A stretch of DNA of 50,973 bases from Deltaproteobacteria bacterium (GCA_046583355.1 JAYGCM010000074.1:1-50973); one strand, 5' to 3'; positions 19,061 through 28,637 are shown, numbered from the stretch's first letter. Program-made: numbers and translations. The notes: generated from the sequence alone by a model not told the origin.

Positions 19061-20542
19061 ATGAAGATTCCGTCATTTCACACCCCGGCCCAGCAGGCGC
19101 GCTTGGCTTTTTTCGTCGCGTTCACACTTGCGGCGTCGTCTCTTCCCGCGGCAGCGAACCGCCTGGAGAACCCCGCCGACGGTGCCACCTATAGTGGAAT
19201 CGGGCTCTTCTCCGGCTTTCATTGTGGCACCAACAATCTGAGCATCGTTGTCGATGAGGACACGGCCAAGGAGCAGATCCTGCGGCCCTCCTACGGGACC
19301 GAGCGCAACGACACGATCATCGAATGCGGCCACGCCGATACCGGCTTCGGCCTCCTTTGGAATTACAGCCTCTTCAGCGGCGGCAGCCATACGGCTCAGG
19401 CCTACGCGAACGGCCATGCATTCGGCGCGAAAAGCACCTTCCAGGTGGTCCGCATTGATCCCGACAAAGCGTTCGTGACCGGCCTTGAGGCCGAGTACAA
19501 TATCAACTTCCAGGGCGGGCTCCGGCTCGTCTGGCAGCAAAGCCAGCAGAGTTTTGTCATCGCCGGCATCGGCAGCGGCGACACCGCGAGCACCACGGCC
19601 ACCCCAACCGATCCAGCGAAAACCGCAGCCACCCAGGGCGCCTTTGAGGTTCCGGGGGACCTTTCCTCCCAAAGCGGCATCATCGTGATTTCGGGCTGGG
19701 CCTGCGAAGCCGAAACCGTAACCATCGAGATCGATGGCGGCGCCCACACTTTTGCCGCCGCCTACGGTACCGAGCGCGGTGACACGCAGACGGTCTGCGG
19801 CCATAAGAAGACCGGCTTCGGTGTACTTTGGAACATGAACCTTCTGGGCCCGGGCCAGCATATTGCGGTCGCCAGGGTCGATGGCGAGGTTCTCGGCTCG
19901 GCCACCTTCACGGTCACCGAGATCGACGGCAACGACGATGAAGAAAATGACCAGGACTTTCTCACCGGCCTGATCGGCAGCTTCCCCTTGACCGGATTTC
20001 CGGAGGGCGAAACAACCTCGACCATCACCTGGACACAATCAACGCAGAATTTTGTCATCACCCAGGTAGGCCCCGCCAGCACGCCTACGCCGACCCCAAC
20101 TCCGACACCGTCCGGGCCTCATTGCGGTGACGGCATCGTTGATTATTTCCTTGACGAGGAATGCGATGGCGGCGACCTGGACGAGGAAACCTGCGCCAGC
20201 ATCTATGGCGGTAGCCAGGACGATGAATGCGGTGGCCAACTCGCCTGTACAAGCGAATGCAAACTCGATGGCACGGCATGCAGTTGCGATTGCACGGAGG
20301 ACTTTGATTGCCTCCTCGGCAGCCCGGACTCCACCATCGTCGAATGCGGCCCGACCTATTGCGTGGACGAGATCTGCTCCGAGGACGACCTGGAGGACTG
20401 CGAATGCCAACTCGACTTCGACGGGGTGTGCTATAATGGGACCTGCCTGACCACGCCGGTCGACCCCGGGCTCCTCGAGACAGTCTGCTTCGGCGTTGAC
20501 GACGACGGCTACGCGCGCTGCGATTGGTGCGAAGCCTTCTGA
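19061..20542 (+). CDS. Secreted protein: two tandem beta-rich repeats, Pro/Thr linker, acidic Cys-rich C-terminal domain
   Basis: Signal peptide; repeats SG(F/W)xC...YGTER.DT...CG....GFG.LWN..L...G.H...W.QS.Q.FVI; TPTPTPTP; CGDGIVD...EECDG; 20 Cys in the tail. Confidence 0.8.
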   Translation: MKIPSFHTPAQQARLAFFVAFTLAASSLPAAANRLENPADGATYSGIGLFSGFHCGTNNLSIVVDEDTAKEQILRPSYGTERNDTIIECGHADTGFGLLWNYSLFSGGSHTAQAYANGHAFGAKSTFQVVRIDPDKAFVTGLEAEYNINFQGGLRLVWQQSQQSFVIAGIGSGDTASTTATPTDPAKTAATQGAFEVPGDLSSQSGIIVISGWACEAETVTIEIDGGAHTFAAAYGTERGDTQTVCGHKKTGFGVLWNMNLLGPGQHIAVARVDGEVLGSATFTVTEIDGNDDEENDQDFLTGLIGSFPLTGFPEGETTSTITWTQSTQNFVITQVGPASTPTPTPTPTPSGPHCGDGIVDYFLDEECDGGDLDEETCASIYGGSQDDECGGQLACTSECKLDGTACSCDCTEDFDCLLGSPDSTIVECGPTYCVDEICSEDDLEDCECQLDFDGVCYNGTCLTTPVDPGLLETVCFGVDDDGYARCDWCEAF

Positions 20543-20564
20543 ACCCTCGGCTGGCACATTCCAG

Positions 20565-21197
20565 GTGAAGCAAAATTCAACCTTCGCTATCGCGGGGCTG
20601 ATCCTCGCCGGCGGCGCCTCGCGCCGGATGGAGCAGCCCAAGGCGTCGTTGCGGGCGCACGGCGATACCTTCGTCGGGCATGTGGCCCGCGCGCTTTCGG
20701 CGGCCGGCACCGCGCCGAATCTGGTTGTCGCGGGCGTGCACCTCGAAGCAACCCGTGCCGCGTTGGCCGACGCCACAGACCTCATCTTGTTGACTAATCC
20801 CGCACCGCTGCGGGGGCCCATCTCGTCGATTGCCATCGGCCTGGCCTGGTTGCAACGCGACGCTGCCATCCGTGGCTGCATCATCGCCCCTGTAGACCAC
20901 CCCGCCATAGAAGCGTCGACAATCACGGCATTGATCCGAGCCGCCCGCCAGGCGACCCACCCGATCGTGGCGCCCTTGTTCCGAGGCCAGCGCGGCCACC
21001 CCACCTATTTTGCGCGTGAGGTCTGGGAGGAACTCCTGGACCCGCAGCTCGCCGGTGGTGCCCGCGTGGTGGTACGACGCGACCCGGCCCGTGTGCAGGA
21101 ACTCGTGGTTACCGACGCGGGAGTCGTCCGCAATATCGACACACCGGAGCACCTCGCCGCATGGCGCTCTACTCAGCGGCCGGCGCGGCGCAGCTGA
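20565..21197 (+). CDS. mocA: Molybdenum cofactor cytidylyltransferase MocA-like NTP transferase
   Basis: GLILAGGASRRMEQPK, GPISSI, PVDHP, RGHP, NIDTPE; adjacent to xdhC. Confidence 0.78.
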   Translation: MKQNSTFAIAGLILAGGASRRMEQPKASLRAHGDTFVGHVARALSAAGTAPNLVVAGVHLEATRAALADATDLILLTNPAPLRGPISSIAIGLAWLQRDAAIRGCIIAPVDHPAIEASTITALIRAARQATHPIVAPLFRGQRGHPTYFAREVWEELLDPQLAGGARVVVRRDPARVQELVVTDAGVVRNIDTPEHLAAWRSTQRPARRS

Positions 21198-22213
21198 ATG
21201 ATTTCGGCGAGAATAGCGACGGCAATCTCGCCCGGCGTCTCGGCGCCGATATCGAGACCAATCGGCGCGTGCAAGGCATCGAGGACGCCCGCCGCCACAC
21301 CCTGCTCGCTCAAATACTCGCGAATCCGGCGGACGCGGCGGCGGCTGCCGATCATGCCACGGTAGACGGCCGGCTGTGCGGCGCTGGCGGCCAGGCAATC
21401 GGCGTCGAGCCGGTGGCCACGCGTAACGAAAACAAAGGCACGGTCGGCATGTGGCGGCAACGCAAGCAGATTCGCCACAGGATCGCCCACCTGAATCCGC
21501 GCCACACCGGGCAAGCGCTCGGGGTTGGCAAAGCTCTCGCGGTCTTCGAGGACGCGAACCAAAAACCCGGCCTCCGTCGCCATCCGCGCGAGGCTTGCGC
21601 CAACATGGCCCGCGCCGACAACCACGAGTTCGGGAGGCAAGGCGAGGCTCTCGATCCAGAAGCGCCCGGATTCAGGAGCACCGACAAGCGCCGCACCACC
21701 GGCAGGAGTCTCCGGGGCCTCGGTGAGGGCGCGCTGCAGGGCCGCGTCCTGGGCCGAGCCCAGCGAGAGTCGCATTTCTCCCGGCGGTATATAGAGACCG
21801 CGCTGCCCGCCGTCCATCGCCGTCACCGCAAAGACGGGCGCCTGCGCCTCCCTCGCAGCCTTGGCAGCCGCCAGAAAGGCGGCGCTGGCAGCGGTGGAAA
21901 AGCGCTCAATCCACACATCCAGAACGCCGCCACAGACCGACCCGCTCTCCCAGCCCTGATCTTCCAGCAGCCGGATCTCGGCCAGCACGGGCACGCCTGT
22001 CGCGAGCACCTTCTGTGCCCGCGAGAAAACCTCGGCTTCGCCACAGCCGCCACCAATCGTTCCCAACGACCCGCCGCCCGGATCGATCAACATGCGTGCA
22101 CCCGGCTTACGCGGCGTAGACCCTCGCGTGCGAATGACAGTCGCCAACACAAGCCGTCCACTCGCCTCAAGACGCTGCTCGATTTCGAGCAATAGAGAGC
22201 CAAAATTCTCCAT
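21173..22213 (-). CDS. xdhC: XdhC/CoxI family Moco sulfuration/insertion chaperone
   Basis: GSTPRKPGARM, GTIGGGCGE, CGG, VVGAGHVG, TRGH..D, GMIGSRRR, APIGLDIGAETPGEIAVAILAE. Confidence 0.93.
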   Translation of the reverse strand: MENFGSLLLEIEQRLEASGRLVLATVIRTRGSTPRKPGARMLIDPGGGSLGTIGGGCGEAEVFSRAQKVLATGVPVLAEIRLLEDQGWESGSVCGGVLDVWIERFSTAASAAFLAAAKAAREAQAPVFAVTAMDGGQRGLYIPPGEMRLSLGSAQDAALQRALTEAPETPAGGAALVGAPESGRFWIESLALPPELVVVGAGHVGASLARMATEAGFLVRVLEDRESFANPERLPGVARIQVGDPVANLLALPPHADRAFVFVTRGHRLDADCLAASAAQPAVYRGMIGSRRRVRRIREYLSEQGVAAGVLDALHAPIGLDIGAETPGEIAVAILAEIIQLRRAGR

Positions 22214-22385
22214 CCCTCCCCCGGCTACCATCTCGGCGGCCCGAACGTCACGTCGCACAACTCGTTTCCCCCTCCGTGAAGGTTCCTCCTCGCTTCTCCG
22301 GCATCCGCTTCTCCAGCGTCTTTGCCCTTGCGCCCGGACGGGCTAGAGGGTCTGGGAGCTTGGTGTCGGGGCCTTTGCGGGGAGC

Positions 22386-23267
22386 TTGGGGATTTTGCAG
22401 GAATTTGATTATGCCGCGCCGCGGTCGGTGGATGAGGCTGTGGAACTTCTTGCCAAGGCCGGGACGAGCGGGCGAGTGTTCGCCGGAGGCACCGATCTTC
22501 TGGTGCAGATGAAGAACGGGCCGACCGAGATTCGACATCTGATCGATGTGAAACGAATCGAAGAATTGGGTGTCCTCGCCGTGGAGGCGGACGGCGGCCT
22601 GCGCATCGGTGCAGCCGTGCCCTGTGCCCTGCTCGGCGAAGATGCGGCCGTAGCCGCGCGCTTCCCCGGACTGCGGGAGGCCGCCATGCTGATCGGCTCC
22701 GATCAGATCCAGAGCCGCGCCACCATAGCGGGGAACCTCTGCAACGCGTCACCGGCCGCCGATGTCGTCCCCGCATTGGTTGCCCTCGGCGCCAAGTGCC
22801 GAATCGCCGGACCAGCCGGAAGCCGCTCGGTACCGGTGGTGGAGTTCACGACCGGGCCGGGCAGCAATATATTGGTCGCCGGCGAGTTGCTCGTCTCTCT
22901 CCATATCCCGCCGTCCCCTCCCGGCGCGGCCGATGCCTACCAGCGCTTCATCCCGCGTGCCGAGATGGATATCGCCGTGGTCGGAGTCGCCGCACAGATC
23001 GTCCTGGACCGCGACGGTCGTTGTACGGCAGCTCGGATCGCACTCGGTGCCGTCGGACCGCGGGTCATTGCCGCCCAAGCGGCGAGCGACGCATTGGTCG
23101 GCACGATGCTCGACGAAGCCGCTCTGCAGGGGGCCGCCGAACTCGCCCGCGAGGCCGCCTCGCCGATCTCGGATAGGCGCGCCCCGGCCGACTACCGCCG
23201 CTCACTTGTCGGCACCCTTACCCGCCGCGTTGCCGGCCTCGCCGCGACACGCGCCCGCGCCGCATAG
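22386..23267 (+). CDS. Xanthine dehydrogenase-family FAD-binding subunit (CoxM/CutM-like)
   Basis: AGGTDL, RATIAGNLCNASPAAD, PISDRRAPADYR. Confidence 0.92.
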   Translation: MGILQEFDYAAPRSVDEAVELLAKAGTSGRVFAGGTDLLVQMKNGPTEIRHLIDVKRIEELGVLAVEADGGLRIGAAVPCALLGEDAAVAARFPGLREAAMLIGSDQIQSRATIAGNLCNASPAADVVPALVALGAKCRIAGPAGSRSVPVVEFTTGPGSNILVAGELLVSLHIPPSPPGAADAYQRFIPRAEMDIAVVGVAAQIVLDRDGRCTAARIALGAVGPRVIAAQAASDALVGTMLDEAALQGAAELAREAASPISDRRAPADYRRSLVGTLTRRVAGLAATRARAA

Positions 23268-23278
23268 GACCGAGAATA

Positions 23279-23758
23279 ATGGCGAAGAAAAATCATATCA
23301 CGACGACGCTCAACGGCGTCGCCACCGAATTCCTCTGCGAGAGCCGACAAACCTTGCTTGATATTTTGCGCGACGAGCTTCGGCTCACCGGCACCAAAGA
23401 AGGCTGCGGCACAGGCGATTGCGGTGCCTGCAGCGTAGTCCTCGACGGTCGCATCACCTGCTCCTGCCTGGTCCTCGCGGTCGAAACCGAAGACCGCACC
23501 ATCGAGACCATCGAAGGGATGGCCGATGGCGATACCCTGCACCCCTTGCAGCGCAAATTTCTCGAGCACGCGGCTCTGCAATGTGGCATCTGCACACCCG
23601 GCATTCTGGTCGCGGCCAAGACCCTGCTGGAGCGCAAGCCGGACGCAGGCGAAGGCGAGATTCGTCTCGCGCTGGCCGGCAATCTCTGCCGCTGCACGGG
23701 CTACGATAAAATCATTCGGGCCGTCCTCGATGCGGCCGAGGAGATGCGGGCATCATGA
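23279..23758 (+). CDS. Xanthine dehydrogenase-family 2x[2Fe-2S] subunit (CoxS/CutS-like)
   Basis: GCGTGDCGAC...SC; QCGICTPG...GNLCRCTGY. Confidence 0.95.
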   Translation: MAKKNHITTTLNGVATEFLCESRQTLLDILRDELRLTGTKEGCGTGDCGACSVVLDGRITCSCLVLAVETEDRTIETIEGMADGDTLHPLQRKFLEHAALQCGICTPGILVAAKTLLERKPDAGEGEIRLALAGNLCRCTGYDKIIRAVLDAAEEMRAS

Positions 23759-26025
23759 GCGACGAGGAAGTAAAATTTCGGGTCATCGGCACGCGTCCAA
23801 TCCGCCACGACGGCATCGACAAGGTGACAGGCCGCGCCCTCTACGGAGCCGATTATTCCTTGCCCGGCATGCTGCATGGCCGCGTATTGCGCAGCCCGCA
23901 TGCGCACGCACGCATCCTCGGCATCGATACCAGCGCGGCCGAGGCGCTGCCCGGCGTACACGCTGTGCTTGTCGGCAGCGACCTGCCCGCGGCCGAGGAC
24001 CGGACCCAGGCCATGGGCGAAGGAACCAGTAACGCCAGGCATCTATCCGACAATATTCTGGCCAAAGACAAGGTACTTTATGACGGCCACGCGCTTGCGG
24101 CGGTCGCGGCGTCCAGCCCGGCCATCGCCGAGGACGCGCTGGCCCTCATCGAGGTTCGCTACGAGGAATTGCCGCCTGTCCTTACCGTGGGCGCCGCGCT
24201 CGCGCCCGGCGCGGAGATCCTGCACGGCGAGCTGCGCACGAAGGGAATTGAGGGCGATAGCGGCCCGACCAACCTCGCCAGCGTGATCGAGTTTTCCGGC
24301 GGCGACCTCGACGCCGGGTTCCAAGCGGCCAGCGTGATTGTCGAGCGTGAATTCAACACAGCCATGGTACACCAGGGCTATATCGAGCCGCATAATGCAT
24401 TGGCCAAGGTCGACGCCGACGGCCAGACGACACTCTGGTGCAGCACACAGGGTTCGTTCGATATCCGCCAACTCTGCACCAAACTCCTGCGGATGCCGCT
24501 CTCGCAGCTGAAGGTCATCCCCACCGAAATCGGTGGCGGCTTCGGTGGCAAAACAACTATTTACCTGGAACCACTGGCGATCCTGCTGGCGCGACGCACC
24601 GGGCTGCCGGTGAAAATGGTGATGTCCCGCAACGAAGTCCTGCGCGCTACGGGGCCCACCTCCGGCTCGGTGATCCGCCTGCGCATGGGCGCCGATGCCG
24701 AAGGCCGGATTGTCGCCGTCGATGCCCGGCTCGATTACGAGGCCGGGGCCTTTCCGGGCTCGCCGGTACTGATGGGCGCGGTGGTACTCTTTGCGCCCTA
24801 TGCGCTTGCGAACTTCCGCATCGTCGGACGCGATATCGTCGTGAACCGCCCACGCACAGCCGCCTACCGCGCACCCGGCGGTACCAACGCGGCGTTTGCC
24901 TCCGAAACTCTGATCGATGAGTTGGCGGGCAAACTCGGCCTCGACCCAGTCGAGATGCGGCTACGCAACGCCGCCAAAGAAGGGACAGCCGCCCCCTGGG
25001 GGCCACGAATGAAGCGCATCGGCTATGTCGAGCTGCTCGAATCCGTCCGTGACCATGAGCATTACGCCAGCCCGCTGGGCACAGCTGAGGCAAAACGGCT
25101 GCGCGGCCGCGGCTTCGCCAGCGGCGGTTGGGGCAACGCCGGGCTCCAATCCAGCGCCATCCTCAGCCTCAACGGCGACGGCACGGCCACCCTGGTCACC
25201 GGCTCGCCCGATATCGGCGGCAGCCGCACCTCATGTGCCATGATTGCCGCCGAAGAGCTCGGCCTCGAGGCCCACCAGGTGCGCCCCTCGGTGGCCGATA
25301 CGGACTCGATCGGCCACACCGATGTCACCGGCGGCAGCCGCGTCACAATGGCTACCGGCCTTGCCGTCTACGAGGCGGCCCAGGACATCAAGCGCCAACT
25401 ACGCGAGCGCGCCGCGAAGATGTGGGAGACGCCGGAGAGCGAGATTCGCTTCCAAGAGGGCAGCGCCGTGCGCGAAGACGGCGAGAAGCTCACGCTCGCC
25501 GCTATCAGCCGCAAGGCCGGCCACACGGGCGGCCCTATCGTTGGTCGCGCGACCGTCAATGCCAATCGCGCCAACGGCCCTTCCTTCGCAGGGTTTCTCT
25601 GCGATATCGAACTCGACCCCGAGACCGGCAAGGTCGAAATTCTGCGCGCCACGGTCTTTCAGGATGCCGGCCGCGCGATCCACCCGGCCTACGTCGAGGG
25701 ACAGATGCAGGGCGGCAGTGCGCAGGGGATCGGCTGGGCGCTCGGCGAAGAATATGTGTATGACGAGAAAGGTCGGCTCGCGAATGCGAGCTTCCTCGAC
25801 TACCGCATCCCGACCGCACTCGACCTACCGATGATTGAAAGCGTGATCCTCGAGGTTCCGAACCCCGCCCATCCGCTCGGCATACGCGGGGTCGGCGAAG
25901 CCTCGATCGTGCCGCCGCCGGCAGCCATCGCGAATGCCTTGGCTGCCGCGACCGGCATGCGCTTTACTACCCTGCCCCTCTCGCCGCCGCGTGTCTTTGC
26001 GACGCTCGAAGAGAGCAAGGGCTGA
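23755..26025 (+). CDS. Xanthine dehydrogenase-family molybdopterin-binding subunit (substrate unknown)
   Basis: KVTG, RSPHAHA, HQGYIEPH, IGGGFGGK, AYRAPG loop, EGQMQGG..QG, RGVGE. Confidence 0.92.
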   Translation: MSDEEVKFRVIGTRPIRHDGIDKVTGRALYGADYSLPGMLHGRVLRSPHAHARILGIDTSAAEALPGVHAVLVGSDLPAAEDRTQAMGEGTSNARHLSDNILAKDKVLYDGHALAAVAASSPAIAEDALALIEVRYEELPPVLTVGAALAPGAEILHGELRTKGIEGDSGPTNLASVIEFSGGDLDAGFQAASVIVEREFNTAMVHQGYIEPHNALAKVDADGQTTLWCSTQGSFDIRQLCTKLLRMPLSQLKVIPTEIGGGFGGKTTIYLEPLAILLARRTGLPVKMVMSRNEVLRATGPTSGSVIRLRMGADAEGRIVAVDARLDYEAGAFPGSPVLMGAVVLFAPYALANFRIVGRDIVVNRPRTAAYRAPGGTNAAFASETLIDELAGKLGLDPVEMRLRNAAKEGTAAPWGPRMKRIGYVELLESVRDHEHYASPLGTAEAKRLRGRGFASGGWGNAGLQSSAILSLNGDGTATLVTGSPDIGGSRTSCAMIAAEELGLEAHQVRPSVADTDSIGHTDVTGGSRVTMATGLAVYEAAQDIKRQLRERAAKMWETPESEIRFQEGSAVREDGEKLTLAAISRKAGHTGGPIVGRATVNANRANGPSFAGFLCDIELDPETGKVEILRATVFQDAGRAIHPAYVEGQMQGGSAQGIGWALGEEYVYDEKGRLANASFLDYRIPTALDLPMIESVILEVPNPAHPLGIRGVGEASIVPPPAAIANALAAATGMRFTTLPLSPPRVFATLEESKG

Positions 26026-26043
26026 GGCCGCGCCCCAAGGCCC

Positions 26044-26313
26044 ATGCCGACCCTCTACATTCCTGCTGCGCTGCGCCGCCGCATAGCCGGCGCAGCCCAG
26101 GTCGATGTCCCGGGGGCTACCGTGCGGGAAGCACTCCATGCAGCCGACAGGCAATTCCCCGGCCTATGGCGCGCACTCACGACCGAGGACGGCGAGCTAC
26201 GCCCGGAATTGGTGATCGCCGTCGATGATGAAATGACCGACGACGGCCTGCAAGCGCCCTTGCAGCCGGGCAGCGAGATCCACATCATCCCCGCTCTCGG
26301 CGGCGGCTCCTAG
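26044..26313 (+). CDS. MoaD/ThiS family sulfur-carrier (ubiquitin-like) protein
   Basis: IPAALR, GATVREAL, IHIIPALGGGS C-terminus. Confidence 0.85.
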   Translation: MPTLYIPAALRRRIAGAAQVDVPGATVREALHAADRQFPGLWRALTTEDGELRPELVIAVDDEMTDDGLQAPLQPGSEIHIIPALGGGS

Positions 26314-26476
26314 AGGTCCGGCCGAGAAGTAGGGCTTTGCACAGAGAGCGTCGATTGCGGCTGCTGGCAAGGAAGGCGACCGAGCAATGGCCGTAGCCAT
26401 TGGGAGAGAGCGTGGCGCAGACCAGCGGCCGCAAGCGGCGCTCGGATGCAGGCCTGCTTTTCGGCCGGGCCTCTAG
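26310..26476. repeat. 167-bp CTAG-bounded imperfect palindrome (MITE/RIME-like or structured RNA)
   Basis: Arms 26310-26335/26451-26476 (22/26), 26346-26367/26422-26443 (19/22), apical hairpin 26385-26402; termini recur at 15041 and 36982-37056. Confidence 0.8.
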
Positions 26477-26495
26477 AGCCGCGGCGCGCGGCGGC

Positions 26496-27224
26496 TCAAT
26501 GCAGCGTGAGCGCGACGCCGGAAACCAGCAACACGCCCACCAACGCCGCCAGCGGCAGCGTGCGCGAGTCCGTCGCCGCGTAGGCCGCCGGCAAAAGACT
26601 GGTCGTGCCCAGATAGAGAAAGATTCCGGCAAACCAAGCCAACGCCGTACCGAGCCAAAGCGGCGGCACGACGACAAAGCTCTGCAAAAGCAGACCCGCC
26701 AGCGGTGCCACTGCCGTGAGCACGACCATCACGCGCGCCGCGTTCAGGCTATGCTGCGTTCCGCGCATCACCCCGGCGACGCTCACGCCATCGGCCAGTT
26801 TATGAACCAGGATCGCCGAGGCGATCCCCCAGCCGAAACTCTCGCTCAGCAGAAAAGCCTGGCCGATCGCAACCCCGTCAATAAAGCCGTGCAAGGCGAT
26901 GCCAGCAGCGCCCCAGATTCCTGTCTGGTGTGCGTGCGCGTGGTGTGAGGCCGGGCCACTCGCCCCTGGCTCGGCATTCTCAAGCAAGAAGAAGGAGAAG
27001 AAGCCTGCGATCACCGCAAAATAGGCAAGCTTGTCACTATGGTCGTCGCCGGCCCTCTGAATGAGCTCGATGGCATCGGGCAGCAACAAAAGCAGCGCCG
27101 CGCTGATCAGCGCACCGGCACAAAAAGCAACGATCCACGCCCGCCAGGCCTCCAGCCGCAAGGCCAGCAAGCCCCCTGCCAGCGCAATCAGGCCAGCAGT
27201 CGTAGTGAGAAGAAACGCGGCCAT
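26496..27224 (-). CDS. ZIP family divalent metal transporter
   Basis: FCAGAL...LLPDA, His-rich loop HHAHAH, HGFIDG and HKLADG metal-site helices, AGIFLY. Confidence 0.9.
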   Translation of the reverse strand: MAAFLLTTTAGLIALAGGLLALRLEAWRAWIVAFCAGALISAALLLLLPDAIELIQRAGDDHSDKLAYFAVIAGFFSFFLLENAEPGASGPASHHAHAHQTGIWGAAGIALHGFIDGVAIGQAFLLSESFGWGIASAILVHKLADGVSVAGVMRGTQHSLNAARVMVVLTAVAPLAGLLLQSFVVVPPLWLGTALAWFAGIFLYLGTTSLLPAAYAATDSRTLPLAALVGVLLVSGVALTLH

Positions 27225-27474
27225 CGACAGCAGAAGCCGTACCCACCAGAGCCCCTGCTGTCACGCCATCGCGATCTGAATTCTCAGAACGCCAGCCGTA
27301 TCGAGCCGAGCAGTCCCCTCTCTACCGGCCGGGGTAGTTCGGGCGTTGCACAGAACCACCCTGGCATGCGACAAGAACCCGGTGCCACTCGGCCCGGCCG
27401 CTGCATCCCAAGGCAGCGAAAGAAGCCGTATTCCCTTCCATGCATCCATTCCCCCAGCCTACCAAGGGTCGCCC

Positions 27475-28191
27475 GTGAGCGTCCCTCTCATCATCATTCC
27501 GGCGTTCAACGAGCAACGGTCGATTGCCGCGGTGGTGCGCCGGGTACTGGACTGCGGCCTGAGCAATGTCCTGGTGATCAACGACGGCTCGCGCGACGCG
27601 ACTGCGGCCTTGGCGGCCGAGGCCGGAGCGGCCGTCATCTCGCATCCCTTCAACCTCGGCTACGGCGCCGCCCTGCAAACCGGCTACAAATACGCTGCCA
27701 CCTCTGGCTACGATCATATTGTCCAGATGGACGCCGACGGCCAGCACGACCCCGCCTTCATCCCTGCCCTGCTAGCGCCTCTGCGAGCCGGCGAGGCCGA
27801 CCTCGTGATCGGGTCGCGCTTCAAGGAAGCCTCCGGCTACGAGATGGGGTCGGCGCGCTCGGCCGGGCGCCTCTTCTTCCAACGTGTTCTGGTTTTCTTC
27901 GGTGGCCCGGATATTCAGGACCCGACCTCGGGCCTTCAGGCCCTCTCACGGCCCGTCTTCGAATTTTGTTGTTCCGATTTCTTTCCTTTCGACTTTCCGG
28001 ACATTGACGTACTGCTCCTCTTGCACCGCAACGGCTTCCGCACCCTCGAGGTCCCGGTGAAGATGGCGCCAAGCCCCGATGGCCGCCGCCCCATGCATGC
28101 CGGCCTCACGACTCTTTATTATCCCTACAAGATGCTGCTCTCGACCTTCCGCAACTGGCGCGTCCGACCGAAAGAGGGCAAGACCGCATGA
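27475..28191 (+). CDS. GT2 glycosyltransferase, DPM/DPG synthase-like
   Basis: IIPAFNE, INDGSRD, NLGYGAALQTG, MDADGQH, VIGSRF, DPTSG, EVPV; GTG start 27475. Confidence 0.9.
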   Translation: MSVPLIIIPAFNEQRSIAAVVRRVLDCGLSNVLVINDGSRDATAALAAEAGAAVISHPFNLGYGAALQTGYKYAATSGYDHIVQMDADGQHDPAFIPALLAPLRAGEADLVIGSRFKEASGYEMGSARSAGRLFFQRVLVFFGGPDIQDPTSGLQALSRPVFEFCCSDFFPFDFPDIDVLLLLHRNGFRTLEVPVKMAPSPDGRRPMHAGLTTLYYPYKMLLSTFRNWRVRPKEGKTA

Positions 28192-28637
28192 ACGCAACGA
28201 AGACCGAAGCACCGGCCCTCGACATCGAAGCCCTGCGTCAACTCGCACTGTCGCAGCCCGAAGAGACCTCAACACGGATCCTCGGGCTCCTGCTCTGCCT
28301 GGCCCTCCTCATCTCGGTCCTCACGCTGGTCCAACGCGGCCGATTGCGCGAGGAATATACGCCGATCTGGGTGGCCGTCTCGCTCGGCATGATGGTCGTC
28401 ATCGGCTCCTTCGATATCCTGCGCAGCCTGACGCGCCTTGTAGGCGCCTGGACGCCGAGCTCCACGATCTTCTTCTTCGGCCTGATCTTCCTCGTCGTTC
28501 TCTCGCTGAACTATGCCGTGCGCCTCTCGGGTATGAGCTTGCAGCTCAAGCTCCTGGCCCAGGAAGTCGCGCTGCTGCGCCAACGGCTGCACGATATCGG
28601 CGACAAACCTTCCCCACCCTCTGCCAACAACGATTGA
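28188..28637 (+). CDS. DUF2304-like small membrane protein
   Basis: Three hydrophobic segments, RGRLREEYTPIW, C-terminal LAQEVALL; coupled to a DPM-like GT2 as is typical. Confidence 0.78.
   Translation: MNATKTEAPALDIEALRQLALSQPEETSTRILGLLLCLALLISVLTLVQRGRLREEYTPIWVAVSLGMMVVIGSFDILRSLTRLVGAWTPSSTIFFFGLIFLVVLSLNYAVRLSGMSLQLKLLAQEVALLRQRLHDIGDKPSPPSANND

Noticed and set aside
20075..20112. Short tandem DNA repeat
   Set aside because: Encodes the Thr-Pro linker with varied codons.
22214..22385. Moco riboswitch between xdhC and the FAD subunit; gggagcttgg direct repeat
   Set aside because: No recognisable Moco RNA structure; the 10-bp repeat is too short to call.
22386..26025. Aerobic CO dehydrogenase coxMSL
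   Set aside because: The active-site loop is AYRAPG and lacks the Cu-binding Cys motif AYxCSFR.
26310..26476. 6S RNA or SRP RNA
   Set aside because: Size and rod shape are suggestive, but the ends recur elsewhere as repeats, there is no promoter, and the SRP domain IV consensus is absent.
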